DNA of 64,000 nt from an uncultured Phycisphaera sp. (GCA_964501365.1 CAZCST010000003.1:1962-65961), one strand, 5' to 3'. Positions 1 to 9,746 are shown, counted from the first letter of the stretch. Notes: generated by a model not told the origin, from the sequence alone. Numbers and translations are program-made.

Positions 1-1416
1 GGAACTGTTGGGCTAAGTTACCAATATACTGGAGCTTATTGGGACATCACGGATGGTTATCAGAATGTCACCATTGCCATGAATCCGTGCGCCGATGTCA
101 TTAACTATTATTACGCGGACGAACTCATCTACTCCGGTTGCGTGTTCGCAGGATCAAACCTGGAACAGCTTGTCATCCTGGGCGACAACACCAACGAGTC
201 CTATATGGACGTAGATAATGTGGTGATGACTTCTCTTGACGAGTGTCCGCATACCTGCGGAAACGGCGTGGTTGAGGACGGTTTTGAAGAATGCGAGCCG
301 GGAAATAACCCTTCGGGCTGCAACCCGGGTCACACTTGCGGTGCGGTCGGTGCTCCGGATGCTTGCCTCTGCAACCGCATCTGCACGCCCGATGAGCCAT
401 GCACTCTGAACAACGGCGCAAACGGTCCATTTTACGGCCCCTTCGATGCCCAGTTCGGCGGCATATTCGTGTATGACGCCCCAGCGGGCGTGGATGCAGT
501 ATCCGTCGATCTGTGCGGTTCGACCGGCGGTGACCAGTTTATCAACTACTGGGGCAGCTGCACCGACCTGAACGATCCGGGTTCGCATAACGATGACTGC
601 TGCGGCATTTCTACTTGTGGAACGTACGGCCTCGGTAGCGACCCGACAGCTTCTTGCTATAACAACGTAGGTGTTCCCAACTTCGAGCCGTGTACCTGCC
701 ACAACAATCCGCTGGTGGACGACAACTGCTATCTGCTTCGGATACGCAATCCCTCAGGCGATGGTCAAGTCTACATCGAGGTCAACAATAAGGTCGCTTG
801 CTTTCTAGGCCACCTCGGTTCCTGTTGTGATACCAACGCTGCTGGAGCTGGTACCTGCACCGACAATGTCGCCGAGGCCGATTGCACTGGCTCGGACAAG
901 ATTTGGACTGACCAGGGCAAGTGCGCCGATCAGGTTTGCGAGTGTATTCCCGATTGCACCGGGGCAGTCTGCGGCAGCGACGGCTGCGACGGAAGCTGCG
1001 GCACCACCTGCGACGATGGTAACGCCTGCAACGGTGTGGAAACCTGCAACGCCAATCGAACCTGCGACACTGGAACTCCCCTCGTCTGCGATGACGGCAA
1101 TGCCTGCAATGGGGTGGAAACCTGCGTCCCGCCAAACGGCTGTGTTGGCGGCACGCCGCTAAGCTGCAGTGACGGTCTGGCCTGCAACGGGATCGAGACC
1201 TGCAATCCGTCGTCGGGCTGCGTGGCCGGGACGCCGGTGAACTGTGATGATGGAATCGACTGCACGGTGGATACCTGCAACGATCCCGACGGCTCCTGCT
1301 CGCACGACGACGCGGATTGTGCGATTCCTACAATGAGCCAGTGGGGGCTGGTCGTCCTGACGATTGTCTTGCTGGTGACCGCGAAAGTGCAGTTCGGTCG
1401 GCGCAGGCCAGCGTGA
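1..1416 (+). CDS. Secreted cysteine-rich repeat protein with IPTL-CTERM-type C-terminal sorting signal (5' partial)
   Basis: The frame of the 79..1416 ORF is open from nt 1 (GTVGLSYQYTGAYWDITDGYQNVTIAMNP..), so the CDS is cut by the window edge. It contains CGNGVVEDGFEECEPGN (Myxococcus-type Cys-rich repeat). This is followed by 3-4 tandem ~26-aa units CDDGNACNGVETC..C..GTPL.C and a CDDGIDCTVDTC unit. It ends IPTMSQWGLVVLTIVLLVTAKVQFGRRRPA (IPT[LM] motif, TM helix, Arg cluster). Confidence 0.75.
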   Translation, partial: GTVGLSYQYTGAYWDITDGYQNVTIAMNPCADVINYYYADELIYSGCVFAGSNLEQLVILGDNTNESYMDVDNVVMTSLDECPHTCGNGVVEDGFEECEPGNNPSGCNPGHTCGAVGAPDACLCNRICTPDEPCTLNNGANGPFYGPFDAQFGGIFVYDAPAGVDAVSVDLCGSTGGDQFINYWGSCTDLNDPGSHNDDCCGISTCGTYGLGSDPTASCYNNVGVPNFEPCTCHNNPLVDDNCYLLRIRNPSGDGQVYIEVNNKVACFLGHLGSCCDTNAAGAGTCTDNVAEADCTGSDKIWTDQGKCADQVCECIPDCTGAVCGSDGCDGSCGTTCDDGNACNGVETCNANRTCDTGTPLVCDDGNACNGVETCVPPNGCVGGTPLSCSDGLACNGIETCNPSSGCVAGTPVNCDDGIDCTVDTCNDPDGSCSHDDADCAIPTMSQWGLVVLTIVLLVTAKVQFGRRRPA

Positions 1417-1698
1417 GGCGAATCTACAGACTCTTTGTATAAGTCCTGTGGTTCCGTTCTGCCGTGCCTCCGGCACTTGATAAGATTTCCTCCCACTACC
1501 CAGCGTTGAAACGCCGGGCTATTTTCATGCCGTCCCTTACGGGACGAACTTGAGCGATGCGCGGATAAATACTGGGAACTGTATCACGACAGGAAGTGCA
1601 TCACAGTTTGCGGTAGTCTCCACCCTCACCCTACCCTTTCCCTGGCAGGGAGAAGGGTTTTGAGTCGGAATCCAGACGAACCAAAGAAAGGTCGCGGC

Positions 1699-3342
1699 AT
1701 GGCACGGACGGCTTTGTTTGGGTTGTTGCAGCGGAGTTTTCGCAAGGCGCGGATGATCGGGCAGGGCGATTCCGCGCGCGTCTGGGATATGCTTGAGGCC
1801 GCGCGGCAGGCAAGACGCGTATCTCGGCGCGACTTCCTGCGAAGGGCGGCGGGGACTGCCGCAGTCGTTGGGGCTTCGACGATGATTCCGGGGTGTCTGA
1901 CTCCGGGCAGTCGTGGCGTGCGGAGGAACGCGCCACGAATTGCCATCATCGGCGGAGGAATGGCCGGCCTGAATGCGGCGTACACGCTGAAGAAGCAGGG
2001 ATTAGATTCCACGATTTACGAGGCGTCTGGGCGGACCGGCGGGCGGATGAGGTCGGCGACCGACCTGCTCGCCCCGGGGTTGACCACCGAACTGGGCGGA
2101 GAATTTCTCGATACCGGCCACGACGACATGTTCGCCCTCATCCGCGAATTCGAACTACCGATGCTCGACATGGAGGATGATGCCAAGGCGGGGCTGGTGG
2201 AGGACGCCTGCTTTTTTGGCGGACGGCATTACAAGGAAGCGGAAATCATCGAAGTCTTCCTTCCGGTTGCCGACAAGATGCAAGCCGACTTTGATGGACT
2301 CGGGGAGACGATCGATTATCAAAATGATGGCAAGGCCGCGGCCCTCGACCGCACCAGCATCAAGGAATACCTGGAAAAACTGGGCGGGGCGGGCTTTCTG
2401 CAAAAGCTGCTCGAAGTGGCCTACGTCACGGAGTATGGGCTTGACGCTGACGAACAGTCGGCCCTGAACCTTTTGATGTTGATCGGGCTGGATACTTCGA
2501 AGGGCTTTTCGATCTTTGGCGAGAGCGACGAGCGCTACAAGGTTCGCGGCGGGAATCAGCGCGTCGTCGATGAACTGGCGATGCGACTGGACAGTGCCAT
2601 CGAGCGTGAGCATAGCCTCGTCGCCGTGCGATCGCGCGGCTCGGGATACAATCTGACCTTCCATCGCAAGGGCAGCGCGTCGTTGGACGTGGATGCGGAC
2701 TTCGTCGTGATGACGATTCCCTTTTCGGTGCTTCGCGGCGTGGAGATCAACGTCGAACTCCCACCCGTCAAGCGTCGCGCGATCAACGAGCTGGGCTACG
2801 GCACGAACGCAAAATTGCTCATGGGATTCAAGTCGCCCGTGTGGCGCGATCGCGGTTTTTCCGGGAACATCCTGGCCGACCAGCCCTTTCAACTGGGCTG
2901 GGACAACGGCCGGCTGCAGGGCAAGGCTCAAGCGGGCTTTACGTTCTACTCCGGCGGAAAATCCGGCATTCGGGTTGGCGAAGGCACACCGGCGGAACAG
3001 GTGCAGCGATTGCTTCCCGGCCTGTCCGCAGCCTTTCCCGGTGTGGAAGCTCAGGGCAATGGCCATGTCGAGCGGTTCCACTGGCCAAGCTTTCCGCATT
3101 CGCGCGGGAGTTATGCCTGCTACAGGCCGGGGCAGTGGACGACGATTCGCGGGGCCGAGGGTGAGTCCATCGGCAACCTCTATTTCGCGGGCGAGCATTG
3201 CAGCCGCGACTTTCAGGGATTTATGAATGGGGCTGCGGAGACGGGACGAGAGGCGGCGGAAGGAATCGTGGCTGCGGTTCGGGGTCAGACGTCAGGGCAC
3301 GCACGGATCTTAAGAAGGCAACTATTGGTGGCGACGAAGTAA
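1699..3342 (+). CDS. FAD-dependent (flavin) amine oxidase, Tat-exported
   Basis: Dinucleotide-binding motif IAIIGGGMAGLNAAYTL. The C-terminal NLYFAGEHCS..FQGFMNGAAETG is typical of flavin amine oxidases. Twin-arginine signal SRRDFLRRAAGTAAVVGAS. The track ORF starts at TTG 1660; ATG at 1699 (MARTALF..) is preferred. Confidence 0.85.
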   Translation: MARTALFGLLQRSFRKARMIGQGDSARVWDMLEAARQARRVSRRDFLRRAAGTAAVVGASTMIPGCLTPGSRGVRRNAPRIAIIGGGMAGLNAAYTLKKQGLDSTIYEASGRTGGRMRSATDLLAPGLTTELGGEFLDTGHDDMFALIREFELPMLDMEDDAKAGLVEDACFFGGRHYKEAEIIEVFLPVADKMQADFDGLGETIDYQNDGKAAALDRTSIKEYLEKLGGAGFLQKLLEVAYVTEYGLDADEQSALNLLMLIGLDTSKGFSIFGESDERYKVRGGNQRVVDELAMRLDSAIEREHSLVAVRSRGSGYNLTFHRKGSASLDVDADFVVMTIPFSVLRGVEINVELPPVKRRAINELGYGTNAKLLMGFKSPVWRDRGFSGNILADQPFQLGWDNGRLQGKAQAGFTFYSGGKSGIRVGEGTPAEQVQRLLPGLSAAFPGVEAQGNGHVERFHWPSFPHSRGSYACYRPGQWTTIRGAEGESIGNLYFAGEHCSRDFQGFMNGAAETGREAAEGIVAAVRGQTSGHARILRRQLLVATK

Positions 3343-3489
3343 CGGCTGTGGATTCCTACAATCGTAGCGTTGGGTGCGGTTTGGTTGTTCCATCGCATGG
3401 GGCGTGTCCCTCTCAGCCATTGTTCATGCGGCTATGACCTTACGGGGAACACGAGCGGCGTTTGTCCGGAGTGCGGGACGCGAATGTGA
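3343..3489 (+). pseudogene. Relic 3' end (TM helix + CxxCGYDL..CPECG zinc ribbon) of a paralog of the downstream gene
   Basis: The frame is open directly after the amine-oxidase TAA: RLWIPTIVALGAVWLFHRMGRVPLSHCSCGYDLTGNTSGVCPECGTRM*. It has the same C-terminal architecture as 3486..4049 and 21517..21984 but lacks the N-terminal ~100-150 aa. The only ATG (3397) would give a 30-aa peptide. Its TGA overlaps the GTG of the next ORF (ATGTGA). Confidence 0.4.
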
Positions 3490-4049
3490 GAGGATACCAG
3501 AAACTGAAGTGGTGGCTCAGCGTTGGGATAGCTGGACCGTCGAGGCGTAGCATATATCGTGCTGGTCTTTGGCTCGCTCTACTAATGGGAGTCTTGATTG
3601 CCTTCTCGATAAGCGGTATCCGCTTGGAATGGCACGGGAATATTGGTTCCAACTATTGGATTCAGCTGGACCTACAGCGATTTCAAGCGCGGGCACTCAT
3701 ACTTGCGGCCGATTTGCCTTCTGAGCTGGGTCGCTTTGTTCGCGCCTACAACAATTCTCCGATTGATTATGTCATGAGCATCGACGAGGGATTTCGATGG
3801 GAAATTCCGCCGAGACAACCTGCAAGTGTAGGAACGTTTCGATCCTCCTGCTTTGCATTTAGAACCACAGTTCTTATCTACTTGTTAGCATTGTGGTTTT
3901 GTATTAGGTCGTTGAAAACAAAGTTTTCTGAGCGCCGCCTTCGGGCGGGTGGGTTGTGCGCACAATGTGCCTATGATCTCGAAGGCAACACCAGCGGGGT
4001 TTGTCCAGAGTGCGGGACGCGGGTAGCGACGCCAGAATCTAGCCAATAA
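3486..4049 (+). CDS. Membrane protein with C-terminal CxxC..CPEC zinc ribbon (planctomycete-style family)
   Basis: Two predicted TM helices (LWLALLMGVLIAFSI; VLIYLLALWFCI). C-terminus RRLRAGGLCAQCAYDLEGNTSGVCPECGTRV. The start is uncertain: track ATG 3462, or in-frame GTG 3486 overlapping the upstream stop. Confidence 0.6.
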   Translation: MRGYQKLKWWLSVGIAGPSRRSIYRAGLWLALLMGVLIAFSISGIRLEWHGNIGSNYWIQLDLQRFQARALILAADLPSELGRFVRAYNNSPIDYVMSIDEGFRWEIPPRQPASVGTFRSSCFAFRTTVLIYLLALWFCIRSLKTKFSERRLRAGGLCAQCAYDLEGNTSGVCPECGTRVATPESSQ

Positions 4050-4084
4050 GTTCGACGGGCTTTATGAGTGTGCGAAATCTCTCG

Positions 4085-4260
4085 TGCGTGCGTGCAGAGC
4101 GACCCTCACCCCTGCCCCTCTCCCTGCGAGGGAGAGAGGATTTCTTGAGGGATGCTATCCGGGGGTGGCGCTGCGCTAGCGACGCGAGCTTGCTGACCCC
4201 CGCATCGGGCTCCCGCCTTGGTCGCCCGATTTTCGTCGACCCCTCCGGGGCCGCCAATCA
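4085..4260. repeat. Cluster of GC-rich REP-like hairpin elements
   Basis: CCCTCACCCCTGCCCCTCTCCCT-GCG-AGGGAGAG hairpin at about 4101-4136, the same element type as at 1619-1657 and 49207-49286. It is followed by a ..GACCCCTCCGGGGC.. type element resembling those at 7163-7179 and 7239-7255. Confidence 0.5.
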
Positions 4261-4408
4261 AGACGTTTTGCGCCGTAATTGCTACCAAAACGACTCGGAC
4301 CCTTCATAGCCGGGCGAGTAGCCCATCGGCGCGTTTTCTGCTATCCTTGCCGGGCTCTACCGCAAGAAGGACAACAGGGTCTTAGTTGATAGTTGACTGG
4401 TTACAACA

Positions 4409-6232
4409 ATGAAGAACGCACAAATACGCAATGTCGCCATTATCGCCCACGTTGACCACGGCAAAACCACGCTGGTGGACCAGATGCTCCGCCAGTGCGG
4501 GCAGTTCCGCGAGGCCCAGCTCAAGGGCGAGCGGATTCTCGACTCCAACGACCTGGAACGCGAACGCGGCATCACCATTCTCGCCAAGAATATCGCGATT
4601 CAATACAAGGGCACGAAGATCAACCTGATCGATACGCCCGGCCACGCGGACTTCGGCGGCGAGGTCGAACGCGTGCTGATGATGGCCGACGGGTGCCTGT
4701 TGCTTGTGGACGCGTTCGAAGGGCCGATGCCGCAGACGCGGTTCGTGCTGCGGAAGGCGTTCGAGTACGGACTGCGGCCGGTCGTGGTGATCAACAAGGT
4801 TGATCGCTCGGACGCCCGCCCAAACGAAGTGCTCGATGAAGTGCTGGACTTGTTCATCGAACTCAACGCAAGCGAAGAGGCTCTGGACTTTCCCATTGTG
4901 TACGCCTCGGCGACGCAGGGTTGGGCAAGTCTGGATGCGACGGTGAAGACTGACAATGTGCAGGCGCTGTTTGAGACCATCATGCAGCACGTTCCCGCGC
5001 CGGAATGCGACGCGACCTCGCCGGTGCAGATGCTCATCACGACGCTCGACTACAACGATTACGTGGGCCGCATCGGAATCGGGCGCGTGGTGCGCGGCAC
5101 GCTCAAGAGCGGCAGCAAGGTGAGGGTCATTCACCGCGACGGAACGCAAAAGAATGAGCAGATCTCGGAATTGTTTGCGTTCGACGGCCTGGGCCGCAAA
5201 AAGGTCGAGGAAATCGTCGCAGGCGATATCTGTGCGATCGTGGGACTGGAATCGGTGGATATCGGGAACACCATCGCCGACGCGGAGAAGCCCGAGCCGC
5301 TGCCGCTGATTCGCGTGGACGAGCCCACGCTGCACATGACGTTTCGCGTAAATGACTCGCCGTTTTGCGGGAAATCGGGCAAGTTCCTGACCAGCCGGCA
5401 TATCCGCGACCGACTCGAAAAAGAACTGCAAAAGAATGTGGCCCTGCGCGTTGAGCCGGGTCATACGCCGGAAGAGTTTCACGTGTCGGGGCGTGGGATG
5501 CTGCACCTGGGGGTGCTGATCGAGAACATGCGCCGCGAGGGGTACGAGCTTGCCGTGGGCAAGCCGAAGGTGATTTTTCGCCAGCTTGACGGCCACAAGA
5601 CCGAGCCGATCGAACACTGCGTCATCGACGTGCCCACCGCGAACATTGGCGCGGTGATGGAATTGCTCGGGCAGCGGCGCGGCATTTGCACGGCGATGGA
5701 AACGCGAAGCGAGACGAGCCACCTCGAATTCACGGTTCCCGCGCGCGGCTTGATCGGCGTGCGCAATCGCCTGCTGAACGCCACGAACGGTACCGCGATC
5801 ATGCATCACAATTTTTACGAATACGAACTCCTGCGCGGATCGATTCCGGGGCGCGGCAACGGCGTCTTGATCTCGATGGAGACCGGCGCGGTGACGGCCT
5901 ACGCGATTGAGGGGCTGTCGGATCGCGGCGTGCTTTTTGTTTCGCCGGGCGACCCGGTTTATGTCGGGCAGATCGTCGGCGAGCACAACCGCGAGAATGA
6001 TCTGGACATCAACGTCAGCCGCTTGAAGAAACTTACCAACATGCGGGCGGCCGGAGCGGATAAGACCGTCGTACTCAAACCGCCGCGCATCCTCACGCTC
6101 GAAATGGCCCTGGAATTCATTGAGGACGACGAACTGGTCGAAGTGACCCCGGACGCGATCCGGCTGCGCAAGCGCATGCTGACCGAAAACGACCGAAAAC
6201 GGGCGGCAAGGGCCAAAGCGGGTGGGTCATAA
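4409..6232 (+). CDS. typA: Translational GTPase TypA/BipA
   Basis: N-terminus [43 protein letters not shown]. Length of 607 aa and the C-terminal region are typical of BipA. Confidence 0.97.
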   Translation: MKNAQIRNVAIIAHVDHGKTTLVDQMLRQCGQFREAQLKGERILDSNDLERERGITILAKNIAIQYKGTKINLIDTPGHADFGGEVERVLMMADGCLLLVDAFEGPMPQTRFVLRKAFEYGLRPVVVINKVDRSDARPNEVLDEVLDLFIELNASEEALDFPIVYASATQGWASLDATVKTDNVQALFETIMQHVPAPECDATSPVQMLITTLDYNDYVGRIGIGRVVRGTLKSGSKVRVIHRDGTQKNEQISELFAFDGLGRKKVEEIVAGDICAIVGLESVDIGNTIADAEKPEPLPLIRVDEPTLHMTFRVNDSPFCGKSGKFLTSRHIRDRLEKELQKNVALRVEPGHTPEEFHVSGRGMLHLGVLIENMRREGYELAVGKPKVIFRQLDGHKTEPIEHCVIDVPTANIGAVMELLGQRRGICTAMETRSETSHLEFTVPARGLIGVRNRLLNATNGTAIMHHNFYEYELLRGSIPGRGNGVLISMETGAVTAYAIEGLSDRGVLFVSPGDPVYVGQIVGEHNRENDLDINVSRLKKLTNMRAAGADKTVVLKPPRILTLEMALEFIEDDELVEVTPDAIRLRKRMLTENDRKRAARAKAGGS

Positions 6233-6259
6233 GCCAGGAAGTCGGATAAACGAATTCCT

Positions 6260-6517
6260 ATGCCAACAATTGCCCGCATCGGTCCCTACCGCATATACTT
6301 TTATGGTGAGGACCGGAAGGAACCGCCTCATGTGCATGTTGACCGCGACGATAATTCAGCCAAGTTCTGGTTGGCTCCAGTCGGAGTAGCGCATAATTTC
6401 GGTTTCAGGCCCAAGGAGCTGCGTGACATCTATCGGATAATTGCGAGTGAAGCGGAGAATTACCTTGAAATCTGGCACGACAAATTCGGGCCCCAAGCCC
6501 GGAATGAAAGTCTCTGA
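6260..6517 (+). CDS. DUF4160 family protein
   Basis: MPTIARIGPYRIYFYGEDRKEPPHVHVDRDDNSAKFWL matches the DUF4160 signature (..F.FY..EH.PPH.HV..). Confidence 0.8.
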   Translation: MPTIARIGPYRIYFYGEDRKEPPHVHVDRDDNSAKFWLAPVGVAHNFGFRPKELRDIYRIIASEAENYLEIWHDKFGPQARNESL

Positions 6518-6824
6518 CTTGCGGTTCGATGAGGATACGCTGAGCGTCGATCTCGCAGACGGCCGGACAATCACCGTGCCATTGGTTTGGTACCCTCGCC
6601 TCTTAAATGCCACGCATGCAGAGAGAAACAATTGGGAGACCTGCGGAGCTGGATTTGGGATTCACTGGCCTGATGTTGACGAGGATTTAAGTACCCAAGG
6701 TCTTCTTGAGGGGGCGCCATCGCCCGAATACACACGAGCCGTCAAGAAAAAGCCACAAGCCAGGAAACGCACCAGAATCTCATCACATCTTTCCAAATCG
6801 AAACGGGTTATGCGCCGTCGATGA
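6504..6824 (+). CDS. DUF2442 family protein
   Basis: MKVSDLRFDEDTLSVDLADGRTITVPLVWYPRLLNATHAERNNWETCGAGFGIHWPDVDEDLS is the DUF2442 pattern. The ATG at 6504 overlaps the DUF4160 stop by 14 nt. The track ORF 6441 start is probably too early. Confidence 0.75.
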   Translation: MKVSDLRFDEDTLSVDLADGRTITVPLVWYPRLLNATHAERNNWETCGAGFGIHWPDVDEDLSTQGLLEGAPSPEYTRAVKKKPQARKRTRISSHLSKSKRVMRRR

Positions 6825-6848
6825 CACGATTCCGCCTGGAAACAATAC

Positions 6849-7136
6849 CTACGCGGCTGACATGGCCGCGAATTTGGGGGCGAGGTATTCGACGCAGCTA
6901 TCGAGGGTGGCCAGGCGCGGGTAGTCCTCCTTGGGCACTTCAATCTTGTAGCGTTTGCGAAGCTCCATGACGATGTCGAGGAAGTCCATAGAATCCAGGT
7001 CGAGCTGATCGCGGAGGCGCACGTCGGTCCTGACGTTGGAGAGGTCGGCATCAGGCGCGACCACGGCGATGATTCCCAGGATGACCCCTTTAACCTTGTC
7101 GGCAATGGCAGAAATATTCAAAACTTCAGCTCCCAT
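6849..7136 (-). CDS. Acyl carrier protein (stand-alone, non-acpP context)
   Basis: Phosphopantetheine attachment motif LDLDSMDFLDIVMEL. About 95 aa from ATG 7136. The longer track start (7190) would read through a perfect hairpin at 7163-7179. Confidence 0.8.
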   Translation of the reverse strand: MGAEVLNISAIADKVKGVILGIIAVVAPDADLSNVRTDVRLRDQLDLDSMDFLDIVMELRKRYKIEVPKEDYPRLATLDSCVEYLAPKFAAMSAA

Positions 7137-7342
7137 TTTACAATTGTTTCCAAGTGATTCTGCGACCCTTTCAGGGTCGAAATCTATCATGATCTTATTC
7201 CGGGGGTATCGCTTCGCTCAACCCCCGGCTACTTTCGGCGACCCCTTCGGGGTCGACAGCTTTCTTACCTTGCCCTCGAATTCTACGAAAGTTGATTGTC
7301 TTTGGGACTTGATTGCTAGCCCCTAAATCCAGCCCCTACACC

Positions 7343-8581
7343 CTATGCGGTGTACTTAGAGACAACCACCGCTGAGTTGATCCCCAACATTCCGAATGAA
7401 TTATTAAGGATAATACGCACCGAGTCGATTCGCTTTGGCTCATTGGCCACCAGGTTCCGTACCGCGCACCGCGGATCGGGGTCGGTCAGGTTTATCGTAG
7501 GGTGAATCACCCCATCGTCAAATGATCCAAGGTTTCCAGCCAGTTCTAATGCGCCGGCGGCCCCCATGGCGTGGCCAATGAAGCTCTTTGTGTTGTTGAT
7601 GTAGACGTTTTTGAAGTCGCCAAAGACCTGTCGGATGGCGGTGGCTTCCTGGATGTCGCCGGTTTCGGTGGCTGTGGCGTGGGTGCTGACAATGTCCACA
7701 TCGTCGGGGCCAATGGCCGCGCGTTGGAGCGCCAATGTCATACATTCGGCGACTCGTTCGGGGTTCGGAAGGACCGGGTCCAGTGCGTCAGAGTTCATGG
7801 CATAGCCAATGACCTCGGCGATGATTCTAGCCCCGCGTTTTTTCGCGTCCTGAAGCCGTTCCAGCATGAAAATGCAGCCACCTTCCGAGACGACAATGCC
7901 GTTACGGGCCAGGTCAAATGGCCGGCTGGCCTTGGTCGGGTCTTCGTGCCGGGCGAGCGCGTTTTCGGCTGCGAAGCTGGCGAAAATCCCAAAGGAATGA
8001 ATGGCCTCCGAAACACCTCCTGCCAGCGCCAGATCGACTTCTCCAAGGCGAAGCATCTGCACGCCTTGAATGAGCCCGGCGTTTCCGGCAGCACAGGCCG
8101 CCCCGATGGTGTAATGCGGGCCGCTAATCGCCAGATTCACCGTCACTTCACCGGCAGGATTATTGGCAACGGTCCGAGGGTTATGATGGTGCGACCAGAA
8201 CTTTGTGTCGTAGTCATACTGCCGGATGGCGTCGATTTCGTTCTCGGTTTCGACGGTTCCGTGCTCGGTGATCCCGAGAAACGTACCGATCCGCGAGCGA
8301 TCAAGTTGAGCGGGGTTCAGTCCGGCATGGGCAAATGCCTCGTGGGCACAATAGATGGAGATGGCTCCGGCCCGCGTACCACGGCGGCGGTCCTTGCGGG
8401 TCTGGTATTTCTGCTCGTCGAATTTGCAGACCCCCGCATGCACTTTGCCCATGAAACGGGTTTCGATCGACGTAACGCCGGACACACCTGCCAGCAGGTT
8501 GCGGCGGAAGTCGGACAGGTTGGCCCCGTTGGGGGAGGCAAGCCCTATTCCGGTTATGACGATACGATCGGAAATTGCCAT
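7343..8581 (-). CDS. Beta-ketoacyl-ACP synthase (KAS I/II type, Cys-His-His)
   Basis: Active-site Cys in YTIGAACAAGN; His motifs VSTHATATETGD and KSFIGHAMGAAGALE; 412 aa. Confidence 0.9.
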   Translation of the reverse strand: MAISDRIVITGIGLASPNGANLSDFRRNLLAGVSGVTSIETRFMGKVHAGVCKFDEQKYQTRKDRRRGTRAGAISIYCAHEAFAHAGLNPAQLDRSRIGTFLGITEHGTVETENEIDAIRQYDYDTKFWSHHHNPRTVANNPAGEVTVNLAISGPHYTIGAACAAGNAGLIQGVQMLRLGEVDLALAGGVSEAIHSFGIFASFAAENALARHEDPTKASRPFDLARNGIVVSEGGCIFMLERLQDAKKRGARIIAEVIGYAMNSDALDPVLPNPERVAECMTLALQRAAIGPDDVDIVSTHATATETGDIQEATAIRQVFGDFKNVYINNTKSFIGHAMGAAGALELAGNLGSFDDGVIHPTINLTDPDPRCAVRNLVANEPKRIDSVRIILNNSFGMLGINSAVVVSKYTA

Positions 8582-8685
8582 GACAACATTATTCTTACGG
8601 GCCGCAAACTTCGGTTCGCGCCATTCTCACCGCCAACACCGCTTCCTGACGGTCGCGGTACTGAAATAGGCAATCCTAGCAAAAA

Positions 8686-9693
8686 TTACGGGGCGGGAAA
8701 CCGCTTGAGCCATTCCACCAGCCGCGCTACCCCATCCTCCAATGATACGCGAGGTTGGTAGCCCAGGTCGCGTTTAGCCGCAGAAATGTCAAAATAGTGA
8801 GATTTTGCGAGCTGATTGGCGACGAATCGCGTCATCGGCGGTTCGCGGCGCAAGGCAAAAATCTTGTAAACCACTTCAAATGCGGCCCCCACCGCGGTTG
8901 CGGTTCCAAGCGAAATGCGGCGGGTGACTCGTGGAGCGCCGATGGCGGCCAGAAGCTGATCGAGCCACGACCAGAGGACGACGGGCTGACCCTGGCTGAT
9001 GAAGTAGGCCCTCCCCGCACATGCAGCGGTGGGATTTAGGGCGACCGCAGCGAGGAGGTGGGCCTCGGCGGCATTATCGATGTAGGTAATGTCCACGAGA
9101 TTTTTTCCGTCGCCGACCTGCCGGAGCTTGCCTGCTCTGGCGCGCTCAATCACACGCGGAATAAGGTGCGGGTCGCCCGGGCCCCAAATGAGATGTGGTC
9201 GAAGGGAAATGGTGGAAAGTAAACTGTCATTTGCGGCCAATACCAGACGCTCGGCCATCGCCTTGGATTCCGGATAGGCCGCCAGATATTGATTGGGATA
9301 GGGTACTGATTCATCGACTCCGCACAGGTCGTTGCGGCCAAAGACCACGCTGGGCGAACTTGTATAGACAAGCTTGCGCACTCCAGCCGCACGGCACGCT
9401 TCTACGACGTTTCTGGTTCCATCGACATTGATGCTATGGAATTCCCGGTGCGGCCCCCAAACACCGGCCTTGGCGGCGACATGAAAGACGACATCCATGC
9501 CCGAGCAGGCATGACGAACCGCCTCGCCATCGCGAATGTCTGCGGCCAAATGCTCAATGGTGAATGCGGAATGCGGAATGTCTGATGACGGCGCGCGACG
9601 AGATAGGGTAGTGACATGGTCGCCGCGAGCCTGGAGCATGCGCACGATGGCGCTGCCCAGGAATCCGTTTCCGCCGGTCACGAGTGCCTTCAC
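8686..9693 (-). CDS. NAD(P)-dependent epimerase/dehydratase, 3-beta-hydroxysteroid dehydrogenase-like
   Basis: Rossmann motif MKALVTGGNGFLGSAIV (GTG start). YxxxK-type region YPESKAMAE. Overall 3beta-HSD/SDR-extended family layout. Confidence 0.85.
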   Translation of the reverse strand: MKALVTGGNGFLGSAIVRMLQARGDHVTTLSRRAPSSDIPHSAFTIEHLAADIRDGEAVRHACSGMDVVFHVAAKAGVWGPHREFHSINVDGTRNVVEACRAAGVRKLVYTSSPSVVFGRNDLCGVDESVPYPNQYLAAYPESKAMAERLVLAANDSLLSTISLRPHLIWGPGDPHLIPRVIERARAGKLRQVGDGKNLVDITYIDNAAEAHLLAAVALNPTAACAGRAYFISQGQPVVLWSWLDQLLAAIGAPRVTRRISLGTATAVGAAFEVVYKIFALRREPPMTRFVANQLAKSHYFDISAAKRDLGYQPRVSLEDGVARLVEWLKRFPAP

Positions 9694-9746
9694 GTTTTTC
9701 AGCTTGAGCCGGATTCAGCGTTGCGTCAATCGCGTGAAGTGGAAGA

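Noticed and set aside
4382-5986. 534-aa minus-strand ORF; similar long shadow ORFs at 2155-3198, 33317-34543, 38019-38684, 46716-48371, 51288-52241, 58168-59631 and 59833-60633
   Set aside because: Each lies antisense to a gene with strong family motifs (typA, amine oxidase, GT, glgX, ugd, S9 peptidase, rpoB). The compositions are Arg/Ala/His/Gly-rich with no recognisable domains. These are high-GC stop-codon depletion artefacts.
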